Shown here in pieces: positions 10,182 to 18,658 of a stretch of DNA of 64,000 nucleotides. The position numbers and the translations under genes were made by a program. The stretch covers positions 4,512,001 to 4,576,000 of the forward strand of contig OZ254086.1 in assembly GCA_965267575.1 (NCBI GenBank). The letters run 5' to 3'. The first letter of the stretch is position 1. Every line of letters begins with the position of its first letter. This DNA comes from Calditrichales bacterium (GTDB lineage Bacteria; Calditrichota; Calditrichia; Calditrichales; J004). A model generated the notes under the pieces. The model saw only the letters and a program-made list of their open reading frames with translations, was not told the origin of the DNA and made no database searches.

Positions 10182-11384
10182 ATGCGCAAAAGCCCCGATA
10201 AGGAATTCGAACAAAGTATTTTTCAAATTTATTTATCGTCATATAAAAAATTTAAATATTGGTTTGCCGTTTTTTATTTTCTGGTTATAGTTTTTTATCT
10301 GGTACTTTATAATGAAGCAATGAGTGAGGCCCATAAATCTAAGGAAATGGACGCGTTTTTAGAAAGAAGGGATTTTTATGACTTTATACTCAACCCTGAA
10401 GAAAAAATAACCCTTGAGAACATACAAAATAATATTCTAAAAAAATTAAACAGAAAAAATATTGAAAATGGAAACTGGCTGAAAGGGACACAGCAGAGTC
10501 AAGCCTTTCAATTAAAAGCTCAGACTATGGCGGCTGATACAATAAACTTATATTCTGATAATAACTTTAAAGGCTCAATTGATAACTTTAAAAATGATTA
10601 TTTGTATAACGATTCTCTTAAAGTAATAGATACTATAGCACATTATGACAGCTTGATTAATCTTGATACGTTGCTTTATGGTATGTTATGGGAAAAGCGG
10701 CAACCATACCGAAATGATATAAAGTCAAAATTCAGAGCATCCATTAATAAAAACCAAGATCAAGAAATTAAATCGGTTTTGCCAATAGATGACATCTCAA
10801 ATTACATCTACAATAAAGCGTTGCTTTCTGATACAGGCTTAACTGAAATGTCAGTTATGGAAATCAGAAAAAAGGCGCAAGAAATTACATCGAAGGTCAA
10901 AAATTATGAAAAGGAAGATATAATAAATCCGCAAAATTTTACAGTGCCACTAAGTCTAGAAATGTTAGAAAACTACCTACTATTCATACTCGTAATAATT
11001 GCACTATTTCTCCAATTTCATTTTATTAATTATAAGTTCTATGAAAACTTATTTAATGATAATCAACAAAAACTAATACGGGTACCTGCTTTAACTAACA
11101 TAATCGATAATTTAAAACTTCCTGGTTTATCAGCACGTCTGGTTCTTATGTTAATACAAGGTCTATCATACTTTTTTAATCTTTTTGCTCCAATAGCGGC
11201 CATATATGTAATAGCCTCGAGACTTCTATATATTTTAGATACTTATACTTTGTTTGCAATCGCAGCAATAATATATGCGATTGGGTTTTTATCGTTAACA
11301 ATATATATTTGGAGAGAGTTTAATCTAACGGAAACAATACAATCTACGTTCAAAAAATTACACGATGTATTTGGCGATTCTTAA
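10182..11384 (+). CDS. Hypothetical membrane protein (N-terminal TM, soluble region, about 3 C-terminal TMs); AT-rich
   Basis: 400-aa ORF with hydrophobic segments and SD AAAGG; no family recognised. Confidence 0.7.
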   Translation: MRKSPDKEFEQSIFQIYLSSYKKFKYWFAVFYFLVIVFYLVLYNEAMSEAHKSKEMDAFLERRDFYDFILNPEEKITLENIQNNILKKLNRKNIENGNWLKGTQQSQAFQLKAQTMAADTINLYSDNNFKGSIDNFKNDYLYNDSLKVIDTIAHYDSLINLDTLLYGMLWEKRQPYRNDIKSKFRASINKNQDQEIKSVLPIDDISNYIYNKALLSDTGLTEMSVMEIRKKAQEITSKVKNYEKEDIINPQNFTVPLSLEMLENYLLFILVIIALFLQFHFINYKFYENLFNDNQQKLIRVPALTNIIDNLKLPGLSARLVLMLIQGLSYFFNLFAPIAAIYVIASRLLYILDTYTLFAIAAIIYAIGFLSLTIYIWREFNLTETIQSTFKKLHDVFGDS

Positions 11385-11403
11385 ATGGTGGTGTTTTTTT
11401 ATT

Positions 11404-11616
11404 GGTTCTTATGAAGTATAGCATGTTATGAAATCGTGTAACATATTGCTCTACCTATGGTTAACATATTTCAAGCGTTCAAAAATTTTTGAAGCTAAAT
11501 TTCGTCATTTGATCAAATGTTTTTCTTTAGATCTGACAGCTACCGAAACAGCGCGTTTAAGTACTCTTTCGTTGCCAGCACGAAATTCTGAAATTTGGTC
11601 TATTAATATTTTTTGA
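11404..11616 (+). mobile_element. IS1595-family transposase N-terminal remnant
   Basis: YFKRSKIFEAKFRHLIKCFSLDLTATETARL resembles the N-terminus of IS1595 transposases. No DDE domain follows; the left boundary is tentative. Confidence 0.6.
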
Positions 11617-11631
11617 AATATAAGGATTGGA

Positions 11632-13587
11632 ATGGAAAACTTGACAGGCGATCCACTAGCAGCTAAGGTTGCAGCCAACATTCTTACTGAAATATTTAAG
11701 TCTTGTTTTAAAGGGTTTCAGAAAAGCACAGATTGGTTTGGAGATAAAATGACGGAGCATGACTTTTTTGGGAGAGCAGCCAAAAAATATGCTCAAAAAT
11801 TTGAAGAAAGGTATAACTTCATACGTGTTCTAGGAATGAACGAACCGGTACCTTTAAGAGACATTTATGTGAGAGTGAACATCTTAGATAAGATTACTTC
11901 AAACAAAAGAATTACACTCGATAATTTGGAACAAATGTACGATAGAGATCAGAGGAGTATTGGATTCACTCAAAAGTCAATATCAGGCACATCAGCTGCT
12001 AATGAACTATCAAAGTTTATTGTCTTGGGAAAACCTGGTGCGGGAAAATCTACGTACTTAAAGTATTTAGCTTTATATACGTTAGATGGTAAATCTAGAA
12101 ATAAGCATATTCCAATTCTTGTTGTGCTAAAAGACTTCTCTGACTCAGGCAAGACTTTATTTAATTACATTGTTGAGCAATTTGACATATGCAATTTTCC
12201 GGAAGCTGATATGTTTGTTAAAAGAATCCTAGAAAATGGAAAATGCCAATTGCTTCTTGATGGCTTAGATGAAGTGAGTAGTAAAAAACAGGAAAAAATA
12301 ATACGAGAAATTAATAATTTTACTGACAAATACAGTAAAAACTATTTTATTATAAGCTGTAGAATTGCAGCGTATAATCATTGGTTTACTAAGTATACGG
12401 ATGTAGAATTAGCTGATTTTGATAAAAAGCAAATCGAAACTTTTATATTTAATTGGTTTAAAGATAATGTAGAAACCGCAGCGGTGTGTTGGGAAAGTAT
12501 AAAAAAAGATAGACCAATACTTGAGTTAGCCTCGATACCACTTCTTCTTACATTATTGTGCTTAGCATTTGAACAAACCTTGGAATTCCCAAAAAATAGA
12601 GCTGAGCTCTATAAAGAAGCTCTCGATGCCTTATTGAAGAAATGGGACTCAAGTAGATATATCAAAAGAGATCAAATCTACCAGGATTTGTCTTTGAAGC
12701 GAAAAGAATCACTTTTTAGTAGGATTGCTGAAAAAACTTTCAAGGAAAATAAGTATTTCCTGCCAAAACGATATTTAGAGAATCAAATATCTAATTTTAT
12801 CATAAACATCCCAACTGCTAATGCAAGTTCTTTGGATATCGAAAGTGAAGTAATACTAAAAGCAATTGAGGCCCAGCACGGTATCTTTGTTGAGCGAGCA
12901 AAAAATATTTTTTCTTTTTCACATTTAACTTTTCAAGAATATTATACGGCTAAATATATAGTTGACAATCTAAACAAAAAACCATTAAAAAATATTGTTA
13001 CTAAATATTTAACTAACGACAGGTGGAGAGAAGTATTTTTATTAATAGCTGGTATGTTGGATGAAGCCGATGATTTTATTCTACTAGTATCAAAGCAAAT
13101 TAATAATATTATCAAAGAAGATGAGTTACTAGCCCTAATGCGAGAATTGAATCGGATACATCTTAAACCTACACCATATCCTGCCGCCTTAATGAAGGCT
13201 ATGATAATATATAATAGTTTAACTAAAGGAGGATCTGGAATTCGAATTACAGATGATGTAGTGGATTATGACCCAGAATTACAATTTTCACGGGAAATAG
13301 TATTAAAACTATTTAAGTGTTCGAACTATATAGTGTCTGAATCTGATTCTACTTTAAATGATCAGACGCGTTCAAAAATGAGAAATCTTAAACGATCAAT
13401 AAAACGTGTGAAATCTAATTCTGAACATTTAGATTTAGACTCTGAAATGGTTATATCAAATATACGCTCATATAAATTGAAAGATTTTTTCAAAGCAACT
13501 ATCCTACTTATAGATTGTTTGTCATCAGAAATATATATAAATAAAAAAAATAGAGAAGACACATTAAATCTTCTCTGGAAGATATAA
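11632..13587 (+). CDS. NACHT-family STAND NTPase with helical C-terminal domain (NCH2-like); candidate defence protein
   Basis: Walker A GKPGAGKST, Walker B LLLDGLDEV, ISCR, PLLL, FSHLTFQEY, WREVFLL and C-terminal LLIDCLSSEIYI. Confidence 0.9.
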   Translation: MENLTGDPLAAKVAANILTEIFKSCFKGFQKSTDWFGDKMTEHDFFGRAAKKYAQKFEERYNFIRVLGMNEPVPLRDIYVRVNILDKITSNKRITLDNLEQMYDRDQRSIGFTQKSISGTSAANELSKFIVLGKPGAGKSTYLKYLALYTLDGKSRNKHIPILVVLKDFSDSGKTLFNYIVEQFDICNFPEADMFVKRILENGKCQLLLDGLDEVSSKKQEKIIREINNFTDKYSKNYFIISCRIAAYNHWFTKYTDVELADFDKKQIETFIFNWFKDNVETAAVCWESIKKDRPILELASIPLLLTLLCLAFEQTLEFPKNRAELYKEALDALLKKWDSSRYIKRDQIYQDLSLKRKESLFSRIAEKTFKENKYFLPKRYLENQISNFIINIPTANASSLDIESEVILKAIEAQHGIFVERAKNIFSFSHLTFQEYYTAKYIVDNLNKKPLKNIVTKYLTNDRWREVFLLIAGMLDEADDFILLVSKQINNIIKEDELLALMRELNRIHLKPTPYPAALMKAMIIYNSLTKGGSGIRITDDVVDYDPELQFSREIVLKLFKCSNYIVSESDSTLNDQTRSKMRNLKRSIKRVKSNSEHLDLDSEMVISNIRSYKLKDFFKATILLIDCLSSEIYINKKNREDTLNLLWKI

Positions 13588-13616
13588 TCTTTTTTACGTT
13601 ACTATTAAATAATCTA

Positions 13617-14133
13617 ATGCATAAACCATTAAAGAAATTCATTTCCATTCTCCTCATCACCCTCCCCGCAGCCCTGTTTGCCCAAAATGCCGCGGCACCG
13701 GGCCCGGCAGGCTGTGCGCAAGAGCGCACCCGCATCTCAGCGGCGGGCTGGCGGCACTGCAAAAAGGGTCGCACCTGTTTTCGGCGCGTATCCAAACCCA
13801 CTTTGAGTTTGGCCCGGAGACACCGGCCGGTAATGACACAGAGTACGCTTTGACCTACTGCTATAGCTATCGTCCCTTTGACTCGAAGACACTGTTTAAG
13901 GGGCCGGCGCGGGCATCGGGCTGGTGCACATTACCGAGCGCTACGCATACATTTCGGAAGAGTTAAAAGAACGCGTGCAATCCGGCAAACTGTTCATCCC
14001 GCTGGAGCTCACCATCGGCTTTCTCTACCCGGACGATGCTCTGCGCCTGCTGCAGCTTACCCTGTACCGCAACTACAACTCCGTCATCGATTACTACGGC
14101 TGGCGGCTGGGGTTTAATTTTAAGCTGCTTTAG
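13617..14133 (+). pseudogene. Frameshifted secreted/outer-membrane protein remnant
   Basis: One fragment starts with a signal peptide (13617..13853). A different-frame fragment ends in a beta-signal-like YYGWRLGFNFKLL (13924..14133). Confidence 0.5.
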
Positions 14134-14140
14134 CCGCTAC

Positions 14141-14661
14141 TGTCATTTCGAATCCCTGAAAGGGGTGAGAAATCCAGGATGAAGCTTTTGTCCTTCCTTG
14201 CCCTTTTATGTCAACGCACACTCACGGATTTCTCGCTATCGCTTCGAAATGACACCTTGCGGGAAAACTCCCGGTATCACCCACAAAACACCAACCCTGT
14301 CATTTCGAATCCCCAAAGGGGTGAGAAATCCAGGATGAAGCTTTTGCCCTTCCTTGCACTTTTATCTCAACGCACACTCCCGGATTTCTCGCTATCGCTT
14401 CGAAATGACATTTCTGGGCAAGCCCCACCCGTAAAAGCCAAGAAACACCCACCCTGTCATTTCGAATCCCCGAATAGGGGTGAGAAATCTCGGAGGCTCA
14501 CGTTCCTAGATTTCTCACTACCACTTCGAAATGACAATCGCAGGGGGAAACTCCCGGTACAAACCACAATACCACCCACCCTGTCATTTCGAATCCCCAA
14601 AGGGGTGAGAAGTCTCGGAGGCTCACGTTCCCAGATTTCTCGCTCTCGCTTCGAAATGACA
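14141..14661. repeat. Array of four TGTC-tagged REP-like doublets (14141-14254, 14298-14410, 14455-14536, 14582-14661)
   Basis: Each unit is TGTCATTTCGAATCCC-N-GGGGTGAGAA(A/G)TC, an internal spacer, then GATTTCTC(GCTATCGC)TTCGAAATGACA. Units have 12-bp terminal inverted repeats and are joined by related 43-45 bp linkers. Confidence 0.95.
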
Positions 14662-14674
14662 ATTCGAGAGCCTG

Positions 14675-14703
14675 TTGCTTAACAAGCATCATTACTTTAT
14701 TCT
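14675..14703 (+). promoter_or_regulatory. Putative sigma70-type promoter for the GIY-YIG gene (likely leaderless)
   Basis: TTGCTT-17 bp-TATTCT, ATG 5 nt downstream and no SD sequence. Confidence 0.45.
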
Positions 14704-14708
14704 ACGGC

Positions 14709-14996
14709 ATGAAATCCCATTACTACTTCGTCTACATCATGGTCAACCGCAACAATAAAGTCATGTACGTGGGCATGACAAACGATCTCTATCGGCGGGT
14801 ACAGGAGCATAAAACCGGGCAGCGCGCGGGGTTTACAAAAAACTACCACGTCGATAAGCTCGTTTATTATGAAACCTTCCAGGATGTAAACCTCGCAATT
14901 GCACGGGAAAAAGAAATCAAAAAATGGCGGCGAGAAAAGAAGGATAAGCTGGTTGAAAAAAACAACCCCAACTGGAATGAACTGCGTCTAACCTGA
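14709..14996 (+). CDS. Stand-alone GIY-YIG nuclease family protein (95 aa)
   Basis: VYIM...YVGMT (GIY-YIG motifs), RRVQEH (Arg), GFT, LVYYE, AIAREKEIKKW (Glu) and NPNW (Asn); ORF intact. Confidence 0.93.
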   Translation: MKSHYYFVYIMVNRNNKVMYVGMTNDLYRRVQEHKTGQRAGFTKNYHVDKLVYYETFQDVNLAIAREKEIKKWRREKKDKLVEKNNPNWNELRLT

Positions 14997-15014
14997 ACAC
15001 AAAAACAACTAATC

Positions 15015-15310
15015 TGTCATTTCGAATCCCCGGCAGGGGTGAGAAATCCAGGATACAGCACACACCCAGATTTCTCGCTATCGCTTCGAAATGACACATT
15101 GCGGGAAACATCCCGGTATCACCCACAAAACACCCAACCCTGTCATTTCGAATCTCCAAGGGGGTGAGAAATCTCGGAGGCGCACATTCCCGGATTTCTC
15201 GCTATCGCTTCGAAATGACAACTTGCGGGGAATATCCCGGCACTAACCACAAAACACCCACCCTGCCCGTTCACATCCCCGACAGGGTGAGAAATCCAGG
15301 TGGTTTCTCA
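15015..15310. repeat. Two more REP doublets (15015-15096, 15141-15220) and a degenerate left arm (about 15257-15300)
   Basis: Same arms, orientation and linker as the 14141-14661 array. Confidence 0.93.
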
Positions 15311-16831
15311 ATCCATTAAATTCAGCATTTGCGCTTCGTGGATAATCTCCGTGCTGTTGTCCATATGGATCGCGTTATCATAAGGTTGGCTTCCGTCGCC
15401 TTCCAGGTAGGCACGTGTGGTTCCTCCGTCATCGTAAAGTATCCCCATAACAAAAATACCAAGAATAATCTGGTTAAAGGCCCTGGAGCTGTCGTCGCGC
15501 TTGGTGCCAAACCAATCCCGCGCTTGTGGATTTTCCCTGCGAATTTTTTGGGCCAGTGCCCTGGCGGCCCGCCTGATGTTGGGGCTATTCGTGCCGCTTT
15601 GAAGTTCGTTAAGCTTTGTTAATGCCCAACTCGGGTTGCGTGCAGTACCGTAGCCCGCTGCAGTTAAAGCCGCCGCATCCAGCGCAGCGCACTCGTGCCC
15701 GTTTCGTGCGGCTAAACTCAGCCATTCGAAAGCAGCTTCCGGATCTTGCTCAACCCCGCGCCCTTCCAGGTACAAATAGCCAATTTGAGCCTGCGCTGTA
15801 ATGTTTGGTGCACTTTCAGCAGCTTTTTCAATGTAAGATGCCGCTTTTTTCTTGTCCCTTTCCACGCCGCAGCCCATCATGTAAATTGTTCCCAGCCTCT
15901 GCAATGATTGTGAATTGGCCCATAATAATGATTCCGGGGTTCGCGCATCCACTTCGGCTGTCCGGTTTTCACGACACCATTCCACAACCTCGGTAAATAA
16001 TGCGGCAGCTTCATCACAATCTCTTCCTACACCACGGCCGGTTAAGTAGAGATTTCCCAAACAGGTCTTAGCCCCCAGATGCCCAAGCACCGAAGCCTGA
16101 GAATAACAAACGGCGGCCTGTCTGAAGTCTTCGGGAGCTCCCTCATTATCATAAAGCTCGTTATCATCGAGAATTCTTCCTAATTCCGTCAACGCCTGCG
16201 GATGTCCCTGCTTAGCGGCCAGGCTAAGCCAGTGTAGTGCCTTTTCGTAATCAACCTTTCCGGTCAGACCGCTGGTGTAGCCATACGAATAGCGAAATCC
16301 GAGGTGCCTCTGCGCCGGTGCATATCCCTGCTCTGCTGATTTGCGATAGTAATCATAAGCTCTTGTATAGCTTTTATCGTCTCCGGTTACACCGAAACGG
16401 CTTCGACAGAAATAAGCAAATTCAAATTGCGCAGGCGCATATCCGGCTTCTGCTGCCTTTTTCAGGCCGGCGATTATCTCCCGCTCCTGCTTATTGGGAT
16501 ACTGTGGCTTCCTGCCGGTTAGTCTATATTGCCTTTCAAGATGTAAGCGCAACACACGACCTGCCTGATGCAGCAAGCGCAACTCTTCCGGTTCTTCTTC
16601 TATACATTCCTCACAAGCTTTGAGCGCAGCTTCAACTTCAACTTTTTCATCGGGAACGCCCTTCGTCACTTTCTGCAAGTCCCACGGATCGCTTGCCAAA
16701 CGATCACATTCCGTGACCGGTTCTGCAACCAGCGGCGCCAAAAGTCCAAACGCTAAAATCATCATCCATGCTATTTGTAAAGCCCTTAATCCATAACTGC
16801 GCAACATGCCAGTCTGTCTTGGTAACGGCAT
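15308..16831 (-). CDS. Secreted Sel1-like repeat protein
   Basis: Signal-like N-terminus, CDRLASDPWD...GV motif and repeats such as AAEAGYAPAQ, SAEQGYAPAQRHLG and LGNLYLTGRGV. Confidence 0.88.
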   Translation of the reverse strand: MPLPRQTGMLRSYGLRALQIAWMMILAFGLLAPLVAEPVTECDRLASDPWDLQKVTKGVPDEKVEVEAALKACEECIEEEPEELRLLHQAGRVLRLHLERQYRLTGRKPQYPNKQEREIIAGLKKAAEAGYAPAQFEFAYFCRSRFGVTGDDKSYTRAYDYYRKSAEQGYAPAQRHLGFRYSYGYTSGLTGKVDYEKALHWLSLAAKQGHPQALTELGRILDDNELYDNEGAPEDFRQAAVCYSQASVLGHLGAKTCLGNLYLTGRGVGRDCDEAAALFTEVVEWCRENRTAEVDARTPESLLWANSQSLQRLGTIYMMGCGVERDKKKAASYIEKAAESAPNITAQAQIGYLYLEGRGVEQDPEAAFEWLSLAARNGHECAALDAAALTAAGYGTARNPSWALTKLNELQSGTNSPNIRRAARALAQKIRRENPQARDWFGTKRDDSSRAFNQIILGIFVMGILYDDGGTTRAYLEGDGSQPYDNAIHMDNSTEIIHEAQMLNLMD

Positions 16832-17074
16832 AATATTCCCCCTAAATGGTTAGACAAAATTCCGTGCAGTGTAAGAATATTATGCAGTCTCGTCAAACTT
16901 CGCCTTAGATAGGCAGGCTTTAGTTGTTACTATTTTCTGATAAACTCACTTTCCCCAATTTCGAATATGCCCTTTGCCGGGTTGTTTTTTGCGCCATTGT
17001 GGATATATTTGTCCGGGCCTATAAACCAGGGTGGCATTAATGCGAGGCCTTATGCCATTCAACGGGGACTCATT

Positions 17075-17680
17075 ATGTCACAACCGGTCAATCCTCAACT
17101 GTTTGAGAATATTGAGCATCACCTGGCTAGCGCGGGGAAATCGATTATACGCGGCTTGCTTGCCGCGTGCGCCGGCGTCGTCCTGATGTGGATGATCAAT
17201 GTAGGTATTGCGTCGGCCACCGTCTCCATACCGGGCCTGGATATTAAAGTGCCAACGCTGATCGGGGCGCTGGTTTTCGTTTTGACCACGACGGTATTTG
17301 GCGTTGCCGCGGCCGCGCGCGTCTTAAAGGTCAGAAACCTGGAAAACCATTTATCCTTCGTCTTTCCGCGTTTGCCAGAGAACGAGCAGACCCGCTTTCT
17401 AGACATCCTGACGGCCGCTATTACACGCCGCTCTCCGATATGGGGAAAGGTCTCGCTGTTCTTTGTTACCCTTTGCGGATACCTGCTACATACGCTTTAT
17501 TGGTACATTCTTTTTGAATTTGCAGGATGGGAGCATTACCAGGGAGCGCCGCTTTGGCTAAGAAGTTTTCTGGGTCAGCTATGGATGTCGTTTGGAATGG
17601 CAACGTTTACAATAGCGCCGTTTGGGTTTCTCTATCTCGTTCGCATCAGAATTTTTGAAACATTGAATGTCCCACATTAA
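17075..17680 (+). CDS. Hypothetical membrane protein (about 4 TM)
   Basis: ATG 17075 preceded by GGGGA; four hydrophobic segments. Confidence 0.65.
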   Translation: MSQPVNPQLFENIEHHLASAGKSIIRGLLAACAGVVLMWMINVGIASATVSIPGLDIKVPTLIGALVFVLTTTVFGVAAAARVLKVRNLENHLSFVFPRLPENEQTRFLDILTAAITRRSPIWGKVSLFFVTLCGYLLHTLYWYILFEFAGWEHYQGAPLWLRSFLGQLWMSFGMATFTIAPFGFLYLVRIRIFETLNVPH

Positions 17681-17700
17681 TAAGTACCGAGGCGGAGAGG

Positions 17701-17940
17701 CCCACCCTGCCCTTTCTCCCCGTAGAGGTTAGAAATCCAGGATTCGTCACAGCCCAAGATTTCTCGCTGCGCTTCGAAATGACACAAGCGAGGAAGCTTC
17801 CACAGCAACCACAAAACACCAAGACTGTCATTTCGAATCCCCGACAGGGGTGAGAAATCCAGGATGAAGCTTTTGCCATTGCCTTTACACTTTTTTGCCA
17901 ACGCACACTCCTGGATTTCTCGCTGCGCTTCGAAAAGACA
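17701..17940. repeat. Second cluster of the TGTC REP doublet family (degenerate unit to 17784; unit 17826-17940)
   Basis: TGTCATTTCGAATCCCCGACAGGGGTGAGAAATCC...GGATTTCTCGCTGCGCTTCGAAAAGACA, with the same long spacer class as units 1 and 2. Confidence 0.92.
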
Positions 17941-17957
17941 GGGCCGCAGCATTTTCC

Positions 17958-18416
17958 TTAATAAAACGTCACTTCATACCCTTTGAACTGGTAATTGTCA
18001 TAGACAAACTTGGCGGAGAAAACACGCTCATCATCCAGCCATTGCATAAAGACTTTGTCGCCTTCCCACAAGTTCAGCTCCTCCAGCTTGTCGTTGTCGA
18101 TCCAGGCCAGCTCCCCTTCCGGCGAATCGATCAGCTCGCCTTCAAATTTTTCGGCGGTAAACAGAAAAACGTACCAGTCGTCCTCGCCGTCAAACGCGGG
18201 AAAGGTGATGATGCCCCGCAGGCGCGGCTCGCGTATATCCAGTCCCGACTCCTCAAAGACTTCGCGCGTAACACACTCTTCCGGTGTCTCGCCGGCGTGC
18301 ATCTTACCACCCAGACCGTTCCATTTCCCCTTGTGGATATCGTTTTTCTTTTTATTGCGCAGCAGCATCAGCGTTTTGCCTTGCGCGCGCACGTAACATA
18401 AAGTAGCCAGTTTCAC
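17958..18416 (-). CDS. Nudix hydrolase, 8-oxo-dGTP diphosphatase (MutX/MTH1-like)
   Basis: Nudix box GKWNGLGGK...GETPEECVTREVFEESGL and SPEGELAW...LWEGD. Confidence 0.9.
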   Translation of the reverse strand: MKLATLCYVRAQGKTLMLLRNKKKNDIHKGKWNGLGGKMHAGETPEECVTREVFEESGLDIREPRLRGIITFPAFDGEDDWYVFLFTAEKFEGELIDSPEGELAWIDNDKLEELNLWEGDKVFMQWLDDERVFSAKFVYDNYQFKGYEVTFY

Positions 18417-18467
18417 TTTTTTTCCGTGGATTGCTTGGTGAATTGTTGAATGAATGAGTTGCTGAAG

Positions 18468-18538
18468 TCTTGCTCCTGATCATGATCATGATCGTGATCT
18501 ATTTGCCGCTATCGAGACGTCGATCATGAGCAAGAACA
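18468..18538. repeat. ATCATG-rich imperfect palindrome (small dispersed repeat family)
   Basis: TCTTGCTCCTGATC / GATCATGAGCAAGA inverted pair; 18522-18538 is the exact reverse complement of 27528-27544. Confidence 0.6.
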
Positions 18539-18658
18539 CTTGATTACTTTCCCGTGACATTTAATGACAACCCTTTACCAGCCCATGACATCCCTGACGC
18601 GGCAGATGGCGTAATTACTCCTGAACACGAAAACAAAACCACTTACCGGGAGGTAGAA

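Noticed and set aside
14179..14682. 167-aa ORF, plus similar ORFs at 14498-14692, 14917-15159 and 17646-17952
   Set aside because: These are translations of the palindromic repeats and most likely spurious.
14709..14996. RAYT/IS200-type transposase, or intron-encoded homing endonuclease
   Set aside because: There is no HUH motif. The motifs are GIY-YIG, with no DNA-binding extension and no interrupted host gene.
14141..15300. CRISPR array
   Set aside because: Repeats alternate as inverted pairs, the intervening sequences are related to each other rather than unique, and no cas genes are in the window.
14141..17940. Integron attC cassette array
   Set aside because: Units end in TGTC/GACA rather than RYYYAAC/GTTRRRY, most units are not separated by ORFs, and no integrase is present.
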